Made by a program: the position numbers and the translations under genes. Under the pieces are notes generated by a model that worked only from the letters and a program-made list of their open reading frames with translations, made no database searches and was not told where the DNA came from. DNA of 64,000 nt from an uncultured Pelagibacteraceae bacterium. GTDB lineage: Bacteria > Pseudomonadota > Alphaproteobacteria > Pelagibacterales > Pelagibacteraceae. Below, one piece after another: positions 48,024-56,591 of the stretch. The stretch covers positions 2,517 to 66,516 of the forward strand of contig CACAUA010000001.1 in the NCBI GenBank assembly GCA_902535625.1, in the 5' to 3' direction. Numbering within the stretch: position 1 is the stretch's first letter; each line of letters begins with the position of its first letter.

Positions 48024-49105
48024 TTTTTTTCAACATAAATAGACTGACTTGGAAATGCAAAAGCAGCTCCCTTACCTTCAACAATTTTTTTTATTTCAAG
48101 TGCCAAATTTTCTTTTACTTGTAAATAATTAGTCCAACTATTTGTTTTTGTAAAACATCTAACATACATATCAATCGAGCTATCTGAAAATTTATCTATT
48201 CTTACGGCGACTCCTACAGATTGGTCATAATCGTCACCTTTATTTATGTGATCTTCAATTTCGTCTCTTATTGTTTTCAATTGATCAATAGTGGTGTCAT
48301 ATTGAAGAGTTATTATCCAACTAATAGCCCAGTTAGTCTTTCTTGTGTTATTAATCACTGCATTTTCTGCAAATTGAAAATTAGGAATAATTGCCAGTGA
48401 TTTATCAAATTTTCTTATAACAGTTGATCTGAAACCAATGTTCTCAACAACCCCTTCAATAACTCCCTCAACTTTAATCCAATCACCAATTCTAAATCTT
48501 TTTTCAACTAAAACTAAAATTCCAGAGATTAAATTTTTAAATAAATCCTGAGCGCCTAATGCTACAGCTACTCCAAATAAACCTAAACCTGCAATTATTG
48601 GTCCAATTTTAATTCCCCATAACTCAAGAACAGCCGCTGCGCCTAAAATAAAAATTAAAATTTTAAGAGACTTTATAATCCAGCCTATTAATTCTTTTGT
48701 CAGGACTTTATCTAATCCACTTAAAATATATGATATAGGCTCAATTATCTGATGTATTATCCAAAATATTAAAATTGTTATTAGAGTTCTGTTAACGTTA
48801 TCTATGAAACCCCTAGTCTCATTATCAAATGACATATAGTAACTGGCAAAAAAGACACCAAGAACAATTGGAAGAAACCTGGCAGGACCTTCCATAGATT
48901 TTACAAAAGTATCATCTAATTTATTGGTTGTTCTTTTTGAAATTAGTTCTAATTTTTTTATTACAAGTTTGCTGATTAGGCCTCTAAATATTAAAAATAA
49001 TACAAATATTCCAAGACCTACTATTATCTGAAAGAAATCTACCCCAAGAATTCCCTGCTTCCAAACAGATAAAAATAGCTCATTTAGTTTATTTAAAACG
49101 TCCAT
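48020..49105 (-). CDS. MscS family mechanosensitive channel
   Basis: ALGAQD, FRIGDWI, IGFRST, IPN, FAFPSQ. Confidence 0.9.
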   Translation of the reverse strand: MDVLNKLNELFLSVWKQGILGVDFFQIIVGLGIFVLFLIFRGLISKLVIKKLELISKRTTNKLDDTFVKSMEGPARFLPIVLGVFFASYYMSFDNETRGFIDNVNRTLITILIFWIIHQIIEPISYILSGLDKVLTKELIGWIIKSLKILIFILGAAAVLELWGIKIGPIIAGLGLFGVAVALGAQDLFKNLISGILVLVEKRFRIGDWIKVEGVIEGVVENIGFRSTVIRKFDKSLAIIPNFQFAENAVINNTRKTNWAISWIITLQYDTTIDQLKTIRDEIEDHINKGDDYDQSVGVAVRIDKFSDSSIDMYVRCFTKTNSWTNYLQVKENLALEIKKIVEGKGAAFAFPSQSIYVEKK

Positions 49106-49107
49106 TT

Positions 49108-49806
49108 TTAAATTTTATATAGCAAAAACTCCTCTTCACCAGGGTTAAAAAGAAAAATTTTTTTCCATTTTATGTCATTCAATGCTGATGATGCTTTTTC
49201 GCCCATACACATTAGGTTAGTTTCCATCCAAATATTATCTAAATTATATTTTTTTATTAATGTAAAAAATGTCTTCGCACTATTTTCAGAATATATATAA
49301 ACAATTTCTGGCACAGAAGATTTAATATCTTTTAAAAAATCGTCACTTAAATTTTCATTGGGTATTGCAGTATAATTTATAATTCTCTTGATGACATAGT
49401 TTTCTGAAATTAAGTCTTGATCAAGATTATAAGAAACAATTTCTCCACTAATGTAAGCCATTGGTCCAATCTTTGGGTCAAAGTTTTGTAAAATTAATTC
49501 TTTAAGATTATTTACGTTACCCTCGGCGCAGAAAATATTTTGAAAGCCTAATTCTTTTGCCTTACTTTCTGTTGCAAGACCAACACAAAAACAAATTATT
49601 TTTTTATCTATTTTTGAAATATTTAGATTTTTTAATGAATTTGCGCTCGTGAAAATGACGCCTTTGAATTGGCTAAAGTCTATTTCTTGTGTTTCTATTT
49701 TTTTTATTTGTAATAAAGGTAAATGAGAAACTTTATGTTTCATCGAAGTAAATTTTAAAATTAATTCTTTGCTATCATCTAATGGTCTGGTTAATAAAAT
49801 ATGCAT
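49108..49806 (-). CDS. hemD: Uroporphyrinogen-III synthase
   Basis: LLTRP, FTSAN, CVG.AT; directly downstream of hemC. Confidence 0.88.
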   Translation of the reverse strand: MHILLTRPLDDSKELILKFTSMKHKVSHLPLLQIKKIETQEIDFSQFKGVIFTSANSLKNLNISKIDKKIICFCVGLATESKAKELGFQNIFCAEGNVNNLKELILQNFDPKIGPMAYISGEIVSYNLDQDLISENYVIKRIINYTAIPNENLSDDFLKDIKSSVPEIVYIYSENSAKTFFTLIKKYNLDNIWMETNLMCMGEKASSALNDIKWKKIFLFNPGEEEFLLYKI

Positions 49807-49807
49807 T

Positions 49808-50719
49808 TTAATTTTTATAAGAACCTTTTGATTTCAGTTTAAGCTCTTCTCCCACCATTCTACTAGTAGACTCAATATTTTCTTTTTGAAGACTTTTTTT
49901 TATGAAATATCTATTTTTTCCATCGACAGAAAACAATTCGGTCAATAGGTCTACTTTTTTACCATTTGATTTTGCAAATACACCTACTGCAGTGTCACAA
50001 TCTCCTTCAAGAACTTTTAAAACCTCTCTTTCAGCTTTTGCGACAATTCTTGTTTCTTGATCATTAATGTTTTCAAGTAATTTTTTAATTTCATTATCAT
50101 CTTCTCTGCATTGAATTGCTATAATTCCTTGGCCCGCACAAGGTATAAGTTCATCAACACTGAATTCTTGTGAAATTTTATGTTGTAAATTTAAAGCATC
50201 TACTCCTGCTTTTGAGAGAATTATTGCATCGTATTCGCCTTTTTCTAACTTTTGAACTCTAGTATCAACATTTCCTCTGATAAGTTTATATTTTAAGTTC
50301 GGTCTTTTTATCTTAAGTTGATATTCTCGTCTATATGATGATGTACCAATAATTGAGTTTGGCTCTAAATCTTCAAATTTTATATTATTTTTACTTATTA
50401 AAATTTCATTAGGAGAATTTCTTTTTAAAAAATTATTAGTTAAAAGATTCTCAGTTTCTTCAGTAGGCATATCTTTGAAAGCATGTACTGCTATATCTAT
50501 ATTTTTATTTAATAAATCTTTTTCAATTTGTTTTGAAAATAATCCTTTGCCTCCTATTTCAGACAATCTTTCATGTTGTCTTTGATCTCCTGTTGTTGCT
50601 ATTTTTTTTAATTCAATTTCTTTAGAAAAATATTTTTTTAGTTCTTTTTTCACATTTTCTGCGTAAATCATTGCTAACTTACTTCCACGTGTTCCAATTA
50701 AAAGATTAGCTCTTTTCAT
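49808..50719 (-). CDS. hemC: Hydroxymethylbilane synthase
   Basis: GTRGSKLA, GGKGLF, KDMP, GTSS.RR, RGNV.TR, LEGDC. Confidence 0.95.
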   Translation of the reverse strand: MKRANLLIGTRGSKLAMIYAENVKKELKKYFSKEIELKKIATTGDQRQHERLSEIGGKGLFSKQIEKDLLNKNIDIAVHAFKDMPTEETENLLTNNFLKRNSPNEILISKNNIKFEDLEPNSIIGTSSYRREYQLKIKRPNLKYKLIRGNVDTRVQKLEKGEYDAIILSKAGVDALNLQHKISQEFSVDELIPCAGQGIIAIQCREDDNEIKKLLENINDQETRIVAKAEREVLKVLEGDCDTAVGVFAKSNGKKVDLLTELFSVDGKNRYFIKKSLQKENIESTSRMVGEELKLKSKGSYKN

Positions 50720-50777
50720 AAAAGTTATTTTTATTACATTCTTATAGATTAATTGTATTAATTATAAAAAATAATTT

Positions 50778-51848
50778 ATGAATAAAAGCCCAATAATATT
50801 AGGAATTGAGACAAGTTGCGATGAAACAGCAGTTTCGATTATTCAAGATAACGAAAATGGTATACCAAAAATTTTATCAAATATAGTTTCAAGTCAATTT
50901 GACATTCATAAAGAATTTGGGGGAGTTGTTCCAGAATTAGCTGCAAGGTCACATGTTGAAAAAATTAATTTAATTGCAAAAAAAGCTTTGGATGAAAGTG
51001 GTGTAACTCTTGATAAAATATCTGCTGTTGCCGCAACATCTGGACCTGGTTTAATAATTTGTCTTAGTGTTGGTTTAAATTTCGCAAAATCACTCGCATC
51101 ATCCTTAAAGGTTCCATTTATTGGTGTTAATCATCTAGAGGGTCATGCTTTAAGTCCAAAACTTCAAACTAATATTAATTATCCTTATTTACTTCTGTTG
51201 ATTTCTGGTGGACACAGTCAATTTTTAAGTGTGAATGGATTAGGTAGTTACACAAGATTAGGAACAACAATTGATGATGCTTTAGGAGAAGCATTTGACA
51301 AAACTGCAAAACTTTTAGGAATAGAATTTCCAGGTGGTCCAAAGTTAGAAAAATTTGCAGAAAAAGGCGACCCGATTAAATTTAAATTACCCAAACCAAT
51401 AATAAACAAAGGTGGATGCAATTTATCTTTTGCAGGACTTAAAACAGCAATACTAAGAGTAACGAGATATATAAATTCAGAACAAGAAAAATATGATTTA
51501 GCAGCATCTTTTCAAAAAACCATCGAAGAAATATTATATATTAAATCTAAGATTGCTTTTAAGGAATTTTTAAAAAACTCATTTAAAGAAAAATCTTTTG
51601 TTGTTGCGGGAGGAGTTGCGGCAAACAAAGGTATAAGAAAAAAACTAAATGAAGTGAGTATTGAGAATGGCTTTAAGGTAATTTTTCCAGATATTAAACT
51701 ATGTGGAGACAACGCAGCTATGATCGCATTAGTAGGTCTAGAAAAATATAAAATAAAGAAATTTGATAATATGGATTTAAAAGCTAGTCCAAGATTAGCT
51801 TTGGATGCGAGTGCTAAATTTTTAAAAGGTTCTGGGGTAATATATTAA
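50778..51848 (+). CDS. tsaD: tRNA t6A transferase TsaD
   Basis: GIETSCDET, GGVVPELAAR.H, HLEGH, SGGH, GEAFDK, GGVAAN, DNAAMI. Confidence 0.97.
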   Translation: MNKSPIILGIETSCDETAVSIIQDNENGIPKILSNIVSSQFDIHKEFGGVVPELAARSHVEKINLIAKKALDESGVTLDKISAVAATSGPGLIICLSVGLNFAKSLASSLKVPFIGVNHLEGHALSPKLQTNINYPYLLLLISGGHSQFLSVNGLGSYTRLGTTIDDALGEAFDKTAKLLGIEFPGGPKLEKFAEKGDPIKFKLPKPIINKGGCNLSFAGLKTAILRVTRYINSEQEKYDLAASFQKTIEEILYIKSKIAFKEFLKNSFKEKSFVVAGGVAANKGIRKKLNEVSIENGFKVIFPDIKLCGDNAAMIALVGLEKYKIKKFDNMDLKASPRLALDASAKFLKGSGVIY

Positions 51849-51849
51849 A

Positions 51850-52656
51850 TTAGCAACCACCTCCACCTCCACCTCCACTCATGCCTCCTTTGCTTGTACC
51901 TGAGTGAGGGTTTTGGTAAACATCATTATTTACTGCAACAGCTTTTTTCTCTGATTGCATATCTTGTTCTCCCTTAGCTGTTAGAACAAAAACAGTTTGC
52001 ATGTTTGATATATCTTTAGATGTTTTTTCATTTTGAGAGATTATTTGTGCATTTTTATTGTCCAATATTTCTTGAATTTTACTTTCATCACCATAATCTT
52101 CAGAAAATACTGATGGTAAATCGAAAATATCTAACTCTTTTGAAATCTCAGCTTTTTTGACATTAACTTGTGTCATTTCAGCCTCGAACCACTTATTCGT
52201 CAATTGTCCACTTCCTCTTATTTCAAAAAATTCAGATTTACCTAAAGCTTTGCTTAATTGTATGACTTCTCTTGTATTGTTATCTATATGACTTTTTAAT
52301 TTATTATATTTCCAATTTCCTTCATGTGAGTTTCCATTTGGATCGATAAAAGTCCCTTCACCGTGAAACATATTTCTTTTAAATTTTCCTTCATATTTTG
52401 TTCCATCTGGAAACATAAATACACCTTCACCATGTGCTTTGCCGCCCTTGATTGTGCCTATATAAGTCGCTGAACCGAATTTTAATATTCCTTCCTCTAA
52501 TTCCTTATTTAGAAATGGTAATTCAGGGAAATTAGATTTTGCATCATTAGCTATTTTTCCAAAAAACTTCCAAACTTTGCTGTCTTGAAGAATATCTCCA
52601 TATGCAAATGAATTACCAAATATTAGTAAAATTGAAATTACAAGAATTTTTCTCAT
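51850..52656 (-). CDS. Exported MORN-repeat protein with Gly-rich C-terminus
   Basis: Signal peptide; ~3 MORN repeats (Y.G....G.G....PDG..YEG.F); ends GGMSGGGGGGC. Confidence 0.78.
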   Translation of the reverse strand: MRKILVISILLIFGNSFAYGDILQDSKVWKFFGKIANDAKSNFPELPFLNKELEEGILKFGSATYIGTIKGGKAHGEGVFMFPDGTKYEGKFKRNMFHGEGTFIDPNGNSHEGNWKYNKLKSHIDNNTREVIQLSKALGKSEFFEIRGSGQLTNKWFEAEMTQVNVKKAEISKELDIFDLPSVFSEDYGDESKIQEILDNKNAQIISQNEKTSKDISNMQTVFVLTAKGEQDMQSEKKAVAVNNDVYQNPHSGTSKGGMSGGGGGGGC

Positions 52657-52660
52657 TTAT

Positions 52661-53608
52661 TTAATTTTTACAATATTTATTTAAATGTATCAATTTTATT
52701 TGTTCCGATCTTAAATGCCTTTTATCCTCAGTTAAAATAGGTTTCGTATCAAAATTTAGCTTTGAAATAAAAATTGTGTTTAATTTATTTTTTTTGTTAA
52801 ATGTAGAACAAAGTATATTTTTAAGTCTTGTTTCAATAAAATTTATTCTTTCAAATTTGTTATTCTTTTTTTGATAAATCCAATACGGCATTGTTAAAAC
52901 AAAATCTACTTTCAAATTTAATTTCTCAATTATTTCATCAATCTTTAAAATATATTTTGTTAAATTTTTTTTTAGATAATTTACATCTCTAGTCATAAAC
53001 AATTTTTTCATTTCTTCATTATTTTTTCGTGCTGTTGTGAAGTACTTATTTGTTAAAATACTTTTAGCAATTATCGTTTTGTATTTATAAGGTTTATCTA
53101 AGATTTCACTTAATTGGTCACTTTTTAAAGCCACGTAGTTTTTTATTTCCCAATCTGAATAAACTCTGAAAAGGTCAACAGATAAATTAAAATTAATTAG
53201 AATTTGATTTTTAATATTTTTATCATTTAAACTTATAAAATTTATCACTTCATAAGGACCATTATTTGGTGCAGCATATATTACAAAATCTTTAGAGTAA
53301 TAATTATTTAGATAATGCTTATTTTGAGTGTCTAAATCTAAACCTAGAACCTGGCTATCTCCAAAAATTTGAATTTTGTTATTAGATGTTGAAAATATTC
53401 TACCACCGAGATGATCAGTTTTAAATTTTAAATTTTTTTTTCCGTATTTTACACAAAATTCTGATTTAAGAGGTAAGTGAACATAATCACTATTATGGCC
53501 AAAAGGTAAAAAATCCAGACAGTTTTTTGCTTTTGCTTCTGATATATATAAAATCGAGATTATAAAAAATATTGATATGTTTTTAATACCAAAAAATAAA
53601 TTGGACAA
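52661..53608 (-). CDS. SGNH/GDSL-like hydrolase (probable TTG start near 53608)
   Basis: IFGDSQVLG block I and EDKRH (DxxH); hydrophobic N-terminal segment; start site uncertain. Confidence 0.65.
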   Translation of the reverse strand: MSNLFFGIKNISIFFIISILYISEAKAKNCLDFLPFGHNSDYVHLPLKSEFCVKYGKKNLKFKTDHLGGRIFSTSNNKIQIFGDSQVLGLDLDTQNKHYLNNYYSKDFVIYAAPNNGPYEVINFISLNDKNIKNQILINFNLSVDLFRVYSDWEIKNYVALKSDQLSEILDKPYKYKTIIAKSILTNKYFTTARKNNEEMKKLFMTRDVNYLKKNLTKYILKIDEIIEKLNLKVDFVLTMPYWIYQKKNNKFERINFIETRLKNILCSTFNKKNKLNTIFISKLNFDTKPILTEDKRHLRSEQIKLIHLNKYCKN

Positions 53609-54293
53609 ATTTGAACCCTTTAGATGTTGTTTTGTTTTAAACGAATTTTCTGCTGCTGAATTTGCATCTGCTTTGGAAATGTTATTTGCGGCTAAACATG
53701 TGGATGACATAAAATTAGTTAAAGGTTTCATAAGACATTCTTTAGATGAGTATAAACATTTTTCAATTTTTACAAATATCAAAAACCAAATATCCTTAGA
53801 TCACCAGTTAAGTAATAAAGAAATAAGATTTGTACCAAATCATCTATATGCCAAAGGTTACATATACAAAGATAAATTTATTTTCGAAAAAAAAAATATA
53901 AAAGATTTTGCAATTTTTATTGGAGCAAATGAGGAAATTGCGGAAAAAAAATTGAATGATTTTCTTAAAAATATTAGAAGTTTCAAACCAAATCATGCTA
54001 ATCAAATTGATAAAATATTATTAGATGAAGAAAGACACGCTAAATACTCACTGAGATTTGCAAAAAAAAATAATTCTAAATTTGGTTATGTTATGAAATT
54101 TGCTAAAGAAAATTTATTAAGTAAATTAAGACATTTTTACGCAAACAGTTTAAATAAGGTTTCAATAATTTTTAATCCTGTTCTACACTTAATGATTTTA
54201 ATCATGTATTTACCTGTAAAATTTTTAGATTTAGAAAAATCTAATACAGACAATGATGTTTTCAAAAATATTAATCCAAAATCAATACTGTAA
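53577..54293 (+). CDS. Ferritin-like di-iron carboxylate protein with C-terminal hydrophobic helix
   Basis: Paired E...DEYKH and E...DEERH motifs. Confidence 0.72.
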   Translation: MFLIPKNKLDKFEPFRCCFVLNEFSAAEFASALEMLFAAKHVDDIKLVKGFIRHSLDEYKHFSIFTNIKNQISLDHQLSNKEIRFVPNHLYAKGYIYKDKFIFEKKNIKDFAIFIGANEEIAEKKLNDFLKNIRSFKPNHANQIDKILLDEERHAKYSLRFAKKNNSKFGYVMKFAKENLLSKLRHFYANSLNKVSIIFNPVLHLMILIMYLPVKFLDLEKSNTDNDVFKNINPKSIL

Positions 54294-54298
54294 TTTTA

Positions 54299-55990
54299 AT
54301 GTTTTATATTGGTATTTCAGCTTATTACCATGAATCTTCTATTTTCTTGACTAATGGGATAAATATAAATTGTTTTATTAAAGAAGAATATTTTACTAGA
54401 ATTAAAGGAGATAAAAGTTTCCCAAAAAGAAGTTTAGAATTTTTAATAAAAAAATATTCTTTAAATGAACAAAATATAAAGTTTATTTGCTTTTATGAAA
54501 AACCTTTTAAATCATGGTGGGAAATATTTATTTATTCTATAAAAAAACCATTAGAAAATAAAAAATTTTTATCTCATCATCTAAAAAATTTTAATTCTAG
54601 TTCAATATTTTTTTATACTCATCTAAATAAGATAATAAAAATCTCAAAAGAGAAGATTTTATATTCATCGCATCATCTTAGCCATTGCTTATATGGATCA
54701 TTATACGCAGATAATATTGATGATTATGCATTTGTTAGTTGTGATGGAGTTGGAGAAGGTGAAACTATGACTGTGTATACAATAAATTATGATAATTTAA
54801 TAAAAAAACATTGGACAAACTTTTATCCTAATTCAATTGGACTTTTTTATTCAGCTATTACTGATTTCTTAGGTTTTGATATAAATGATGGTGAATTTAA
54901 AGTTATGAGTTTGAGTTCTTATGGTAGTCCAATTTATGAAAAGGAGATGGATAAAATTTTCGATTGCGAACAATTAAAAATAAATACCTCGTACTTTGAA
55001 TTTCAAAAAAATCCTGAAAGATCTTTTTCAGACATTTTAATAAAAGTCTTTGGTAAACCTTATTTGAATTTAGGTATAAAAGAAAATTTTCAGAAGTATT
55101 CTAATATAGCTAGTTCTGCTCAACTATTATTAAATAAATCTCTTAAAAACCTTATTTTTAAAGCAAAGAAACTAACTGGTAAAAAAAAAATAGTTTTAAC
55201 GGGCGGCGTCGCATTAAATTGTAAAATGATACATGATTTATCAAAACAAAATATATTTGAAGAATTGATTGTTCCTCCGTCACCAGGCGACTCAGGTTCT
55301 GCAATTGGAGCTGCAAATTTCTCATACTTTTATGAAAATAAAAAATTTCTAAATAATGTAGGTCTATTTCCAGGACCTAATAAAAAAGATTTGAATGAGA
55401 AATTTAATTTAAATGAGTTTTTTGAAAAAATTTCCGATGCGGAAAGCTCTTTAGAAACAGCCACTAACTTGATTAGTAAGGGAAACATAATTACAACCTA
55501 CATTGATAATACAGAAACGGGACCAAGGGCATTAGGAAATACCTCTATTATTTGTAATGCGAAAGATAAATTAGCGGTTCAAAATTTAAATGAAAAGATA
55601 AAAAAAAGAGAATATTATCAACCACTTGCTCCTCTGTTACTTAAAGAAAATTTTGAAAAATATTTTACAATTCAAAATAGCATAAAAAAAAATTTATTTT
55701 CTATGGGAACTTTATGTGAAGCAAAAGAAGATTTAAAAATAAATTATGATTCTATAATACATATCGATAATACTTGTAGAACTCAAATTATAGATAATAA
55801 AAATTCATTTATATATAAACTTTTAAGAAAATTGTCTGAGAGTAATATTGACATACTAGTAAATACCTCTTTCAATATCTCAAAAGATCCAATGGTATTC
55901 GATTTATTTGATGTATATACAAACATGAAGAGAATGAATGTTGAATTTGTTATAATGGATAAAGGTATATTCAAAATAAAAGAAATATGA
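54299..55990 (+). CDS. NodU/CmcH/TobZ-family O-carbamoyltransferase
   Basis: AYYHES, HHLSH, DGVGE, SIGLFYS, GEFKVM, GGVALNC, GDSG, GPRALG, HIDNT.R.Q, NTSFN. Confidence 0.92.
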   Translation: MFYIGISAYYHESSIFLTNGININCFIKEEYFTRIKGDKSFPKRSLEFLIKKYSLNEQNIKFICFYEKPFKSWWEIFIYSIKKPLENKKFLSHHLKNFNSSSIFFYTHLNKIIKISKEKILYSSHHLSHCLYGSLYADNIDDYAFVSCDGVGEGETMTVYTINYDNLIKKHWTNFYPNSIGLFYSAITDFLGFDINDGEFKVMSLSSYGSPIYEKEMDKIFDCEQLKINTSYFEFQKNPERSFSDILIKVFGKPYLNLGIKENFQKYSNIASSAQLLLNKSLKNLIFKAKKLTGKKKIVLTGGVALNCKMIHDLSKQNIFEELIVPPSPGDSGSAIGAANFSYFYENKKFLNNVGLFPGPNKKDLNEKFNLNEFFEKISDAESSLETATNLISKGNIITTYIDNTETGPRALGNTSIICNAKDKLAVQNLNEKIKKREYYQPLAPLLLKENFEKYFTIQNSIKKNLFSMGTLCEAKEDLKINYDSIIHIDNTCRTQIIDNKNSFIYKLLRKLSESNIDILVNTSFNISKDPMVFDLFDVYTNMKRMNVEFVIMDKGIFKIKEI

Positions 55991-56148
55991 GAAAAATTTT
56001 AAATTATATTTACCTTATTAATGATTTTAGAAAAAAATACGGATACATAAAATTAATATTTTTTGTAATATTAATTTTTTTAATTTTGATTTTTTCTATA
56101 TTTGTATTTGTGCAAGTTTTTATACCTTTTACTTACATAGCAATTTAA
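55987..56148 (+). CDS. 53-aa membrane micro-protein, SxtK/DUF5989-like (not in ORF track)
   Basis: ATGA overlap with the carbamoyltransferase stop; MRKILNYIYLINDFRKKYGYIKLIFFVILIFLILIFSIFVFVQVFIPFTYIAI*; PFxY C-terminus. Confidence 0.72.
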   Translation: MRKILNYIYLINDFRKKYGYIKLIFFVILIFLILIFSIFVFVQVFIPFTYIAI

Positions 56149-56162
56149 TATAAATGAGTTGT

Positions 56163-56576
56163 ATGCAATATTGGTTAATAAAGTCAGAGCCAGATGTTTG
56201 GTCTATTGATGAACAAATGAAATTGGGATCTAAAGGTGCTGACTGGGATGGAGTAAGAAATTATCAAGCTGCAAACAATTTAAAAAAAATGCAGAAAGGT
56301 GACCTTTGTTTTTTTTACCATTCAAATATTGGTAGAGAAATCGTTGGTATTGTTGAAGTAATTAAAACAGCATTTATTGACCCGACAGATAAAGGGAAGC
56401 GATTTGTAGCAGTAAAAGTTAAGTATAAAAGTAAACTAAAAACACCAGTTTCTCTTGAAAACATTAAAAAAAATAAAGATTTAAAAGATATTGCACTAAT
56501 AAAGCAAAGCAGACTATCTGTGATGCCAATTGACACTAAAAGCTGGAAAATTATTTTGAAGATGAGTAGTATCTAA
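56163..56576 (+). CDS. EVE domain protein (likely start MQYWLIKSEP)
   Basis: YWLIKSEP, WDGVRNYQA, GD..FFYHS, RLSVMP. Confidence 0.93.
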   Translation: MQYWLIKSEPDVWSIDEQMKLGSKGADWDGVRNYQAANNLKKMQKGDLCFFYHSNIGREIVGIVEVIKTAFIDPTDKGKRFVAVKVKYKSKLKTPVSLENIKKNKDLKDIALIKQSRLSVMPIDTKSWKIILKMSSI

Positions 56577-56591
56577 AAAAATTTATAATCC

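Noticed and set aside
51856-51877. CCACCT tandem repeat as a contingency locus or CRISPR
   Set aside because: It is short, in frame and encodes poly-Gly; there are no spacers or cas genes.
53609-53782. N-terminal 58 aa of the ORF-track call 52661..53782
   Set aside because: It is antisense to the first di-iron motif of the ferritin-like gene. The signal-like segment begins only after the TTG at 53608.
54299-56148. Saxitoxin or other toxin biosynthesis
   Set aside because: Only sxtI/K/L-like family members are present. There is no sxtA, sxtG or other scaffold gene, and these families are widespread.
50778-56576. Nucleic-acid modification/reader system (TsaD + carbamoyltransferase + EVE)
   Set aside because: tsaD and EVE are commonly near each other in the alphaproteobacterial backbone, so adjacency is probably an insertion-site effect. 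The cassette's membrane and exported components point to the envelope. Not fully excluded.
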